Below are positions 12,590 to 23,797 of a stretch of 64,000 nt of DNA, piece by piece. The stretch is from NCBI GenBank assembly GCA_036172245.1, contig JAYWIR010000023.1, positions 310,001 through 374,000 of the forward strand. The letters are read 5' to 3'. Within the stretch, counting starts at the first letter, position 1, and the number at the start of each line of letters is the position of its first letter. The DNA comes from Raillietiella orientalis. Lineage: Eukaryota. The notes under the pieces are model-generated. The model was not told where the DNA came from, made no database searches, and saw nothing but the letters and a program-made list of their open reading frames with translations. The position numbers and the translations under genes are program-made.

Positions 12590-13100
12590 TCGGAGATATT
12601 GCAAATGTTGGATTGAACTAATGGAACTGCTACTCCTAACTGAACTTTGAAGGAATTCTAAATCTGAGGTGAGAATGAGACGAGAGGGTGAAAGAGACGA
12701 AGGGGTTAAATTAAATTTGAGTTTTTAAATGAATGGGAGATAATCGCATCGGTTTTAAAACTATCTTATCCTTGGTGGTCATTGTGGTGAATTGTGTTGA
12801 ATATCCTTTTGACCTCAGTGCCCTTATCGAATGAAACCTCCAGCGTATTCTTGGAGATGGTGAGGATCCTTAGAATTGGTGGGTTGGATGATTTTTGGAA
12901 AAAAAACACCATCGTAATAAATGTTTCTGTCAACTTACTCAGCTGGTAACGAAAATTTTCATTTTAGAGAGCCACGATGGAATTGAATTTCAGAATGATA
13001 AATCTCAAAGATAACAAGCAATGATAAGGATTATTTTCACCATTTTTTTGGACTGCCTATGTTGTGCATAGAAAATAAAAACATTCAATTTAACTAAATT
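12590..13100 (-). pseudogene. nad2: Relic of nad2 3' half plus trnW/trnC region
   Basis: SMHNMG (~SINHLG) and PPILSILT (~PPFLGFLP). CCTTCAAAGTT (trnW anticodon arm) on - at ~12643-12653 and ATTGCAAAT (trnC) on + at ~12598-12606, in the expected position before cox1. Confidence 0.45.
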
Positions 13101-13109
13101 AAATATTCC

Positions 13110-14110
13110 AATTAAGGCATAAAGATATGTTCCATCAGTTAATCTTTGTTTCATTAAATATGTATGCCATTTTTATTAGAACATATAAGATCCCTTTAAG
13201 GGAGAACTAAAATGCGTTTTCATATATGAATACCTCATGTGTTTAGGGAGGTAATAAACATATGTTATGCTTCGATACCGTAAGGGGTCAATGCAATTCC
13301 GATAAAAACAAAAATGCCATTGACAAAAATCGGAAATTAAATGGAGAGGGTGAGAGTGGTTCGAGCTATAGCTTTTAATACTTACATTCACATGTATGGC
13401 GTAAAATCGGAATTACATAAGGCAAATAGGGATCATGACGTTGGAAATTGGCTAAAATTTACCGCCCTTTCAAATATCCATTTGACAGTCGGAATCTGTT
13501 CCCCGTCCGAAAGTCAAGGATCGGTTTGGTTGGTGCAAAAGAGAAGGATATCTCTGGACTGATGTGTCGACTAAAACGGCAGAAACGCAGACATTCGATT
13601 TAGAATTCGAATATGGTAAGGCTAGAGAACAGTTTCTACATTCCATCCACCGTATGGAATTTAGCAAGTTGTATTGGGAAGCATTTGGTTCTGAATACAA
13701 GAGACATTGGAGTTGGGGACTTTTGAGGATTTTCGCCCATTCGCAGCACCGGTTGCCCTGGGAGACAGGAGGTGAGTTCATGTTTTATGTGTCGAATGTT
13801 AGGAGGAAATGAGTTGGCGGCGGTACAGTTCGGTTGAGAGTTCGATTGAGAACCGGCGATCCGAGAAGAACCCTCTCCTGCATTTGCACGTGCTGCTTCG
13901 GTTATTTACAAGTAAATGATTTCCTTGATAAAGGGAAGCGATGGAGATGCTAATTTGAAACTGGATCTGATTCCTGAATCCATCTGAGAGTAGCAGGTAG
14001 AGAACAAGTGCAAAGCAGCGGAAGATAGTAGCAGTCTGTTCGGCTGACTGGCATTTATTTCTGCATGAGCTGAGATTACCTCGGCTTCGGACAGATTGGT
14101 TTCATCATCA
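13110..14110 (+). pseudogene. rrnL: Decayed mitochondrial rRNA (rrnS remnant then rrnL 3' domain)
   Basis: rrnL motifs in order: CGAGAAGAACCCT (~GACGAGAAGACCCT) ~13862, GTCTGTTCG 14034, CATGAGCTGAG...TTGGTTTC 14064-14103 (~CATGATCTGAG...TTGGTTTCTATC). Weaker rrnS-like TACCGCCC...AGTCGGAA at ~13460-13495. Confidence 0.65.
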
Positions 14111-14149
14111 GCTTTGTGAGCATGAAGAAGTTTTGGTTCGAAACCCGTT

Positions 14150-14960
14150 TAAAACTGTCGGCGGTGATGCAGGGGCTGCTTCAAGCGACGACGCGCTTCT
14201 GAGGGTATGCTGCGTGCCGTCGGTCGACCGGAAGATTTTGGGAATTGCATCCGAGGGGGCCGAAGGAAATAATATCGAGTTGAATCTGCTTGAAATCGCC
14301 AGGGAAAAGAGGAATCCGGAGTGGGTATACAGGGAAGAAAGTTGGTTGTGGCTTGGGCTCTGCAATGTGGAGGACAGGTGGGAGGGATGCAGGGACGGAG
14401 TAGACGAGAGGTGGACTGTTGTTGATGTTATCTCCTTGTTACTTGGAGGAGGGATCCATAGAATGCTGAGGAGGGGGTGAGGGATAAGTGGGAAACCTAG
14501 GTATGCTGGCGAGGCGTTTTTTCGGCATCCCAGGCGATTCCCGGTTGTTCGAATGAAAGCAGCGATCCATGCTGGGATTAGGTATGGAATTGAAGAATCG
14601 TTCGAGGTTTTTCGGGGTGGGGATGCCGGTGTCGCGAACCGTGGTGTATCTGACAAGAGCAAAATGCCTCGGGGTTCTTAGGAGGGGAGGCACTGCGTGG
14701 GTTTCGGTTCATAATATGGACAGAAGTTCGGCGTGGCATGTTTGATTTCTTGTTGCTATGGGAGTGCGGGTTTATCGTTCGTCGGTGATAAATTGGCTGT
14801 TTGATGAAGGTGAGTTGCGACAGCGTGAAACATTCGTTATTGTGTGTCTGTTTTCGTGATGACAGGAAGTGCATCGGTCCCATTGTGATAAGATGATGCA
14901 CACACGTTGCGACAGCTTTCCCCTTTTGGATCATGGGGGGTTACAAGGGTGTTTATGGTT
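14150..14960 (+). pseudogene. nad1: nad1 NUMT relic
   Basis: VDRKILG (~LERKVLG), GW from GGG TGA at ~14475, RSHCDKMMHTRCDSFP (~RFRYDKLMYLAWKSFLP). Follows rrnL and converges on cob, as in the arthropod ground pattern. Confidence 0.72.
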
Positions 14961-15249
14961 GAGCAGGTTGACCGGGAGTCGAAAATTGGTTTATACTTGG
15001 TGATGAAGGATTGTTTGTTTCTTGACCATGGTTTGTTGTATAAAAAAATAAAAATGAAAAAACAAACAAACAGCGGGCGTATGAGCTGCTGAATGGTTTT
15101 ATTTATTTTCTAATTTGCAAGGTCGACGTTTGAAAGGCCAGAGTGTAGGATAGGGGTTTCCAGTTTAGCAATACTGAAAAGGATCGTAAGGCTGCCATTT
15201 GTTTCGTGGGTAGGAAGGCGGAGCTGATGTGGTCGTCTTTGGGCACCTA

Positions 15250-16190
15250 AGCATGCGAGAAGGGAAAGAGGCAAGATGGATAGAAAGTTTCATCTGAGTG
15301 AATTGTATCGTGAGGATGGGAGAGAAGGCAGTTTAAATAGGGGCACAGCAGATAAGATCAGGATTCCCCTGGAGATGTATCATAGGGGGATGGTATAGGC
15401 GAGTCGGAGAGATATTCGGTGTTGGATGCGAGAGAGATAGATGAGTGGAGTCGAGGAGAGAAAGTTTTCTTCTGATATAAATGTGTGGGAGGAAGAAGAT
15501 GGATGTAAGGAAAAGAAGCAGAGGAAGTGGCGATAGGCTCTGTAGGTCTCTGATGGCAAAGGGTTGACGGAGTGGAAGTATGCTGGCTTTCTTTTGTTGC
15601 CTAGGGGCTCACGGTTCGTATATGTGAAGGAAATGGGAGAAGTAATGTGCTGCTGATGGCCATAAACATTGGTAGAATGAAGTGGAGAAAGAACAGATGG
15701 AGTTAGAAACCACGGGATTTCCTTATAGGAATGAGAAGACGTGCTGGTGGATGAAACGGAAAATGAGTTGGCGACGACTGCTGCGGCTCAGAATGACTCT
15801 CTTTCGGTCACAAATATACCGAAATGATACGATTAGGAGAATACGAGGGCAGTAATTATGATATTCAAGTTGAGATGTTTTTGTTTTAGAAGTAAAATAA
15901 TGAGGGTAGGTGGGTTGCTAGGAGAGATAGGGAGAAGCTCTTAGCATGCGTTCGAGTGGATAGAGAGTAGGAGTCAGCCCCTGGTGTTGTATATCAATCT
16001 GACGATGGAAAGAAAGGTTTCTTTGATGTGATGTACGGGGATAATAATTCCCATTCCTGTGATGTCTGAGAGGATTCCTGTTTAGCATCTCAAATACGAA
16101 AAGCGGGGAATGTTTGAAGGTACTACTATGCTGATCCCATGGATATATATTTTTAATAGTGAATGGAAAGAGCGGAAGAATGTTTCAGTT
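15250..16190 (-). pseudogene. cob: cytochrome b NUMT relic
   Basis: FRSFHSLLKI...VPSNI (~RKTHPLLKI...APSNI), GWLLLSIHSN, SFWAAAVVAN (~SFWGATVITN), FFLHFILP, EENFLSSTPL...IQ...AYTI (~DNFIPANPL..HIQPEWYFLFAYAI). Confidence 0.88.
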
Positions 16191-16199
16191 GGAGGATTA

Positions 16200-16612
16200 G
16201 GTGTGGCACAGTAATGAGGTTACAGTGAAGTGTAACATGAGAAATCAGGTAGCCTGGATGTTGATCGATATTGCTAGAATTTTTTTCTGTAGTCTTATTT
16301 GTTTATTAAAATATAGAATAGATGTAGTTATAGAATGCTGATGGCGGATTAGTGGGGATTACGGATGAGGGACTAAAGAATGATCAGCGGGACTGTGGTT
16401 GGCGGTTTTGGATCAAAGCTGGGCAGTTCGAGCGAGGCATGAGAAGACGATGATAATTCCTCCAAGTTGGATGAAGTAGAGGATAAGAACGATCGTGTGT
16501 CAGGTAAACGGAACTGAGGAGTGTGGCTATGGAGACGGAAGTGAGTGTGAGTAGGATGATGATGTTGGTTTCGAAGAAGAATCGGAGAGATGGTGCCATA
16601 GTTAATACCATA
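16200..16612 (-). pseudogene. nad6: nad6 NUMT relic
   Basis: Hydrophobic frame with FIQLGGIIIVFSCL (~LIFLGGMLVLFIY), immediately upstream of cob. Confidence 0.6.
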
Positions 16613-16623
16613 CAAAATAGGTT

Positions 16624-18102
16624 TGACACTCGGTTGAGCCGAGGCATTTATTTACATAAAAAATAAATCTACAGAGTAGTGGCAGGACGCTTGGTCTTGC
16701 CATGTTATAAATATACTAAAAGGAACCTGCCGAGTACCGGCACGCAGGCCGGCGAGGTTCACCGCGGCAGCAGAGGAGGAGGGGAAACAACAAAAAAAAA
16801 AGAAAATAAAACGAAAAAAATACATACAAAAAACTGGGGGATGGTTCGGGAAGGGACCAGCGGGTACTGAAGGGGACGCTCTGCATCCTTTGCAGGATGC
16901 CGGCAAGTTTCTGTTTTAAGGTTCCCAGATGGGGCCATCTTGACGCCATCCTCATAAAGGCGACAGAAAAATAAATGGCATTCCTATCGTTCTGGCCTCC
17001 TCTGGCGTTGCTCCATTCAGCCACCATCCCGCGTAGTCAGCAGAGTGCTGCTAGGGATGCGGCCGGCCTGAGGATGTCGCGCAGGAAGAGGCGCTTCAAA
17101 GCGTCTCTGGTTTGCCCTCGAGGCCCCGCAGGGACGCGGCAAAGCGTTCCCACAGGGGGCGGAGGGCAACACAATCCACGAGCAGGTGCGGGAGGGACTC
17201 TCTTTCGCCACATCTGCTGCAGTGGGGGCTCGCATTCCCTCGGGTCCAATGGCGACGGCGGGCTTTGCACGGGAGGCTCCAATGCAACAAAAGGATCGCC
17301 GACTCCTGCCGCTTTAGGAAGAGGTTGCACTGTTGCAGCAGGCCGGAGGCCACTGTACGTCCTCCGGAGGAATTGGCAGTAATCCTCCCCAGAGTAGCAG
17401 TCCTTTTGGAGGGACACTCGGGGTGGCAGCGTCCTCCAGCTCTCGAGTTGTCCATGCACCTAGAAGCGTTTTTCGATTTTCGATAGTGCACGTCACCTCC
17501 CGCCTTATCGGAAGGCCGCTCGCTGTCTCTTGCTTCCCGTAGAGAGGTCAGCACTGGTGCAAGGGGGGTGAACGACGCCCAAAGCAGATTCCTGGTGTTG
17601 AACAAAATCTCCCTCAACGACTGACGAGTACATCTGCTGTTTCGTAGGCACATGCATCCTCGTGCCGTTGAGGATAACGTGGCTGCGGAAACGGACTCCC
17701 GTAGCCAAGTAGAACAGTTCGCAGGGAGGACGGAGATCCAGGGATTTCGTTGCACCAAGGCAACCAGTTGGCGGAGTCGAGAGCCAGGATGGCTCAAACT
17801 CCTCTCGGTGGCCACGACGACCAAAGTCTATCCCTCGAAGCCGGTTGCTCGCTTGACGAGGATTCTTGCCGTAGCGCGCCAAGGCGTAGTCCAAAGCTTG
17901 GAAGGCCAGTCCGGGTTTTCGGAAGTGGAGCTGACGCTGTATCCTTTCCAGCGTAAGGAAACCCAGTCCACCATCCCTACGTGCAGCGCAAAGGTCGGGG
18001 CTTTCCTGAGGAGGTCCTCGGTCCTCTTTTGCATGGCCGCAGGGGTGGGACAAAGAAAAAGCAGGGAGTGGAAGAGGGGAGCTGCAAACACGTTCCACAC
18101 CG
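16624..18102 (-). mobile_element. 5'-truncated non-LTR retrotransposon (Tx1/L1-like), copy 1, inserted in the NUMT
   Basis: RRDGGLGFL motif, zf-RVT CSRC...HLLVDC, T-rich 3' UTR, AATAAA plus terminal hairpin. Perfect 11-bp TSD CAAAATAGGTT at 16613-16623 and 18103-18113. Confidence 0.88.
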
Positions 18103-18429
18103 CAAAATAGGTTGGAAGTGTCTGGATTCGTCAGGATACTTCAAGTACCTGAACCATATCCAGGTTATTCAGGAGTAGCAATTAAAGTGCTTATGATAAA
18201 CGTCCTTCTTGAGCATTTTGAAGGTTTTGCATTAATAAGGGTCATATCGATTGAAGGTTATAAAAGGATCAAGATTAATCATGATAAAAGAATGGAATTT
18301 TCTAATTTTTTTTCTTGATAGTAGCAAGAGATGAACACGAGATGTCAGTTTGGATAGTCAAATATTTGTGCCGTAGACGGGCTTCTTTGACTGTCATGGT
18401 TACGGTGATGATGATCGTTGACATTGGAC

Positions 18430-19780
18430 GTTTTGTTGTTCTGGACTGGTGCCTTGAAGGAAGGAAGTGCTCATGTGAACAAGAGCGGAAAGATGAGTAG
18501 CGGATTTTTGGGGACAGAGGCTATGGTCGATAGACGATTAGGCTGTGGCTGAGATTTGGATCAGATTGGGTCGAAGTGGTTTTGGTTTATTTGAAAGGCT
18601 TACGCTGTCAACTGCTGGGAAAGATGAGTGGCGCTACTGAGTGTATCTACTGGTTCAGTGGTAACTAAGATAGTGAGAGCAATATAATTAATATACTACT
18701 GGCATTCACAGGGATGAAGGCAATAACAAGAGGTTCAGTGTGGAGTAATTGCGTGATGCGACTGAAAGGATGTATGGCACAAAGGAGTGGTTAATAGGAT
18801 AAGTCAAGGGTATTCGTAGTATCGGAAAACAAGTCTTGAATGGTTTCTTGGGTGGTCCGTTATCTGAGCTTGAAGATTGCGGTTTCATCGGATGATTCCC
18901 AGGAATCGCGAGCAACAGAGTTCAGTGCCTCTAGGAAACTGGGCGTGGAAGGGCAGGAAATTCTTGATTTGTTTTGTGCTCATGGCAGTGTCACTATCCA
19001 AGGAGGTACTATGCATAAGATGCCAAGCGAGGAAAATTGTCGATCAAGTTCGAGGAGGACTTGGGGGTCAGTGAGTATATTTACACAGTGTCGATTCGAC
19101 GGAAAAGGAATGGACCATTTCCGTCCGTATTAACTGATGATGCGTTGGGGAGAACAGACTTTGCGCCTTCTCCTGCGATTCGCTTTCTTTAAGGTTTACC
19201 GTGAATGCTGTGTGTGTAGATTTGTAGAGCATGAAATTTTACATTTAGATCAGCTGACATGGAGACACAACACTCAAGGAAAGATTCGGATCGAAACTAA
19301 CTCTGTGATCATCTAATACCTTCGAATGGTTTCCGTGGAACATTCGTGGAATCCATCCGATGAATGATTCAGTTTCCATCCCGGGATTTGTTACAGGATC
19401 AGGGGTAAGGATGAGACGGGCGGTGAGCGCGAAAGAGCTGACAAGGATAAGATGGCCCTCACTGCGATATCGGTAGGTCGGAAATTCGATGGTATCTTGT
19501 TAGATGATATCACCTAACAAGATATCATCACCACTCTGAAAACATGGCGGCGACTTCATAGGAACTAGATGGAGGGTGAGAAGAGTGCTTTGGATTTCGG
19601 ACGGAATGCAACAGAAGTGATGAAGCGTTGCAGCCGAATAATAGATAGAAACTTGATGATTATAATGGAGAAGAACATCGGAGAAATGATCGGGGTGAAA
19701 GATGGAAAGAGGGGAGAAACTTTATTCCTTGGAAGAAGATGGAGATGGGATGCTGACGGTCTCCGTTCAAGGATCGGCAT
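18430..19780 (-). pseudogene. atp6-cox3-nad3 NUMT relic
   Basis: atp6 SNFRPTDIAVR (~SNIIRPGTLAVR) ~19455-19490; cox3 LVSIRIFPW, YGRKW and IVTLPWAQ (~VTVTWAH); nad3 PF...FDP ~18565-18600. Order is canonical. Confidence 0.65.
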
Positions 19781-19899
19781 TCCTTGATAAGAATTGATTG
19801 TGATGATCGTCCTTTGATCACGTCCCGCTCCCAGCTTGCACTGGTCTCACTCTGGGGTCATGGAACCTTCAGATGTTCCTTCTCTTCCCGCTCTCCCAT

Positions 19900-21850
19900 C
19901 CAGCGCTTAGTCTGCGTTCCGCGCCCGTGCACAAGATGAGCCGGAGCGCCCGGGACCCTGTGAGCAGGAGTCTCCAAGAGCGTCCGATCGTCTCGCAGAG
20001 ACAAGATGCATGTTTGAAGTTGCCGAAGGGGTCCAGGAAGGGCGGTGCGCGCGTTCTTACAGGAAGGTTTTGTCCCGTCGCCGTTCACGAAATTCCGGAT
20101 CTCCTCGTTTGGAGAAAGGGACCGCGTCTCCCGCCTCGGGGACGATCCTCTTTGGCGTTGCTCTGCAGCGGCCACCAACGGACCTTCCGAGAAGGGCTGG
20201 TGAGGTCAGGATGGGAACCTCTCGTTCCTCCCCTCCCTCATCTCCAATTTTCCATGGAAACCACGTAATCCTTCGGTAGGCTTGCCACGGTCTGCTCTCC
20301 GAGCGAGTGCCTGGACTCGCGCTTACGTCAGGGAGGGGCTTTGGTTTGAACCGCTACCTGTGCCGCACCCGAATGAATGGAGGCCAACCAGGGTCATCTT
20401 GCGGGAGGAACTCGAACCCACGACGCACTGCGTCGATTCAGTTCGGAGTATCCGAACCCGCGACGCTTGGTGGTGCCACGCACGGAGACCGCATCAGTCA
20501 CAGGGTTTCCGAAGCGGGCTCGTTCCGTGCCTTTCCGAATGCTCTGGACAATCCCCTTGCGCCACCGCGACTTCGCTATCGGCTGCCAGCTAGACACGGC
20601 AGCAGCGGCAGCAGCAAGCCGGTCCCTCATGATGACCGGCGGCGACATGGATTCAGATATATTATCGATCTCGGCTGGTCGTCTTCCCTGAGGATTTCGG
20701 TCCGTTGCTCAGGTAGGGGGCCAACTGCGGCCACCTTGCCTTCGAGTTAAAGAACGGCTCGCTTCCTCCATCCCGCCCGAGGCGCCAGCAGAGCAAGGGA
20801 TCCACTCAACTCTCTCGTCCGGGTAGAACTCGGGAGGGATCTCGAGCCGATATACGGGTCCTTCCGGGAAACACAATCAAAGGGTGGGTCATTCCCCTCC
20901 GATTGTTCAGAAAGGAGGACTGCCCTCTTCGGGGGGGACCCTCCGCCTCGTATCATGGAGCTCGTGTGGTACCTCTCCAGAGAGTGCAGAGAAGCGTGCC
21001 ACTCCCTTCAGGGAGCACCCTTCTGAGAAATTGCGGAAGTGTCCCTTCGGGATTCTCTAAAGAGGAGGAGGAAATAGGGAGCGGTTCCCTTGCGGAGGAT
21101 TCCTCCGGAGGAGAAATTCCTAGAGGAAGAGAAACTCTCCCACTTCCTTTGCTGACTTCCGCACAGGAGGCTTCCGTTCCCCACGTGCGGGCGGGGAGCT
21201 GCTTCACCGACACGACGCTCTCGATGTCATCCCGACAGCATGGCAGCAGAAGGTCCCCGGTCTCACACGGGCACGGATGGAGATCCAGTGACTCACCATG
21301 CCCCCACGGTTTCTCGATTCTTCCTGTAAAAACTTTGCCATTCTTGGAAAGGGCAATGGAGTGACTCTTCAAGTTAGGGGGGTAACCCTGGGAGGGGACT
21401 ACCCTATGAATTCGGGAAGGGCTCCAGAGGAAGGAGTCCGTTCCTCTCTCGCTTGGAAGGAAACCTCGGAGGAAACCCTCGCTCTGGTTGTCTCATGGAA
21501 CAGCTCCTTTTGCTCGATCAGAGAGTAGCTTCGAAGAGTTCCTTGATGTCCTTGAAGGACCCCGGAGGGTCACCTTCCAATCCCGTCCAGTCAACGGGAG
21601 CGCCCGGCTTCCACCGATGCCACACCCGAAGCCAACCGAGGGGCTAACCAACGCCATCCTACGGGGGTGACTCGACACCCACTCGACACCCACGCCCTTC
21701 ATTCCTTGGCGTTGACCCTTCCCCACATGGAGGAATCGAACTTGCGACACCCGGTGCTGCCACGCTGGAGACCGCAGCAGTCACGCAGCCGCCGACGCGG
21801 GATCGTCTCGGAAAAGGGAAGCCATCATTGCAACGGAGATGTCCTGCGGG
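19900..21850 (-). pseudogene. Second, GC-enriched nad2-cox1-cox2 relic upstream of atp6
   Basis: nad2 GRDW and SGALPEFMG (~SLGGLPPFLG); cox1 GSGRVSLPLGISPPEESSAR (exact spacing to [20 protein letters not shown]) and EGSGT (~SGAGT); cox2 PNEEIRNFV...ALPGPLRQ (~PMNTQIRILV...AVPGRLNQ). Segment 20360-20520 duplicates 21620-21800. Confidence 0.62.
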
Positions 21851-22034
21851 CATGGATGCCCCCTGGACCCCACTGTTTTCCTCCCCCACGTTAGCGCGAC
21901 GGCGCTCCTTTTCATGCTGAGTCTGCTGGCCTCACTAGTAGTCGTCGTCACGGGAGCGTGCGCCGTCGTTTGGTAGACCTCATCCGGGAAGCGAGACAGG
22001 GGAGGAAACGGGAGCTGAGGATCCCAAACCAACA

Positions 22035-23005
22035 CTAGGAGGGGAGCTGGGACTCCTCGTGGCCTCCTCCTGGCCTTGGCACTCCAGAATGTACGGAGCT
22101 GGATACACCAGCGGTCCAGAGTTACTCTGAAAGCAACCGAGATATGGAGACGGCAGCAATACTTACATCATTCCAGAGTGCTGCGTTACATCCAAATAAT
22201 CTCTGGAAGCTTCATCCATAGGACCCGCGAAGTGTGGAAAAGCCACAACGACTTCCCTTGGTCCAGGGTAGCTAAGAGCAACCTAAGCCGACTAATAGTT
22301 GAAGAGTACGACACCAGTACCCTCCAAGAAGCCGCCGACCGCCACACCAGCAGTGGATTTAATCCATTAGCTATTGGAACGGTGCTCTGGAGGAGTGACC
22401 TGCCACCGGACACTCAGATAACCTCCTAATGTTTTACCATGGAGGCATCCTGAGTGGATCCAGAATGAAGCTATTCACGGGAACAAGAGAAGAAATCTGC
22501 AGAGCATGTGGTGGCATCGATACAAAACTTCACGTTTTGATCTGTCCCACAATGCAAGCAGAGTGGCATACCCTGAAAAGGGTCATTGGGCTGCCGAGCA
22601 CCTCAACCATGGCGATCTTGGCAGGGATGTTCCAAGGAAATGGAATTGTTTCCTGTTGTAATCCAATGGTAAGAGTGATCATCGCCCTCTTCATCACCGC
22701 CATCCTTGTGCGGTGGTGGAAGATGAAGACCACCAGGAATGCCGTATCTCCAATGGAAATCCTGAAAGGGCTGACCCAGAAGGAGATTAGCATCAGAAAC
22801 TGCGGAAGAGTCCAGGCCTGGAATACTGTCACATCCTGAGAAGGACTGAAGGCAGCATCTAGGCTCAAACGACTTCCAGGTAATTAAGTGCAGTGAACTT
22901 TTCAGAGACCAAAGAAGTAGAATTCAAGTAAACACTAGTGAAGTGCAGTGTAGTTTCTGTGCAATTTGTATGAATGAGATTGTAGTATGAATGGAAAAAA
23001 GAAAA
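22035..23005 (+). mobile_element. 3' fragment of a second non-LTR retrotransposon family (L1/Tx1-like)
   Basis: GGELGL motif at start, an in-frame stop at 22427-22429, then CRACGGIDTKLHVLIC (zf-RVT CCHC), short 3' UTR and an A-rich end at ~22996-23005. No TSD seen. Confidence 0.7.
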
Positions 23006-23119
23006 TTCACCCCACCCCTTGTGGGACTTGGGGAAAACAGAACGCGGCAGTAGAGTCATTGTGGTTGACGTCGTCCGCTGCTTGATGTCCATGCGAGAGC
23101 AGTGGAACAGCGTCCGAAG

Positions 23120-23797
23120 GAGCACGAAGAGAAAGGGGGGCCAGACGTAGGAAGGTGCTAGCTCCAGGGAGGGCGCTGGGTTCCTGGGAACCTGGGACCC
23201 GAGTGACGACGGGACTCTCGCGGGAACACGGGGTTCCCTGCGCACAGGGCATGCGTGAAGAATTCAGGGCACGCCGGGACATCCACCAGGGACGCTTCCG
23301 GGATGAACAGCCGGAGCTGCTGCAGGCGCCGCCCCGAGAGCAACCCCAGAGACATTTTAAAGCGCCTCTTCCTGCGCGACACCCTCACGACACCCTAGCA
23401 GCACTTTGCTGCCTATGCAGGATTGTGGCTGCATGGACAAACGCCAGAGGAGGTCAGAATGACTGGGACGCCACCTATTGTGCTGTCCTCTTCATAAGGA
23501 TGGCGTCAAGGAAGGTGGCTCCATCTGAGAACCATAAAACAGGAACTTGTCGGCATCCTTTCTAGGATGCAGACGACAACCTCCAGCACACACTGATCCC
23601 TTCTCGAACCGCCCCTTTTTTTTTTGTATTCTTTTCCTTTTTGTTTGTCTTCCCTTCCTCTGTGCTGCCGAGGCAAACCTCGCCGGCCTGCGCTCCGGTT
23701 CTCGGCACATTCCTTGGACCAAGTGGCAGGACCAAGCGTCCTACCACTTCCCTGTATGCTCACTTTTTGAATAAACGACCCGGCGTGACCGGGTGTC
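23120..23797 (+). mobile_element. Tx1/L1-like LINE, copy 2 (short 3' fragment)
   Basis: Clear nucleotide similarity to the reverse complement of 16624-17250 (NARGGQND, FIRMASR). 14-bp TSD AAC(A/C)GCGTCCGAAG at 23106-23119 and 23798-23811, one mismatch. Confidence 0.88.

Larger units (their letters stand above)
9650..21850. pseudogene. Large ancient NUMT, longer than one mitochondrial gene-order circle, with internal deletions and a LINE insertion
   Basis: Colinear relics of nad2, cox1, cox2, atp6, cox3, nad3, nad6 and cob (-), nad1, rrnL and rrnS (+), then nad2, cox1, cox2 and atp6 again (-). TGA occupies conserved Trp positions. Mitochondrial-type strand skew (G-rich, C-poor + strand) persists over ~11-19.8 kb. 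Confidence 0.88.

Noticed and set aside
16200..18700. Millipede-type gene order as a taxonomic clue
   Set aside because: cob is followed directly by nad1 and other deletions exist, so the nad3-nad6 junction is not diagnostic.
11000..19800. True mtDNA contamination or misassembly
   Set aside because: Many stops and frameshifts, loss of invariant residues, and a nuclear LINE with a TSD inside it.
23655..23715. HDV-like ribozyme in the LINE 3' UTR
   Set aside because: Could not build the nested double pseudoknot or place the catalytic C; kept only as generic structure.
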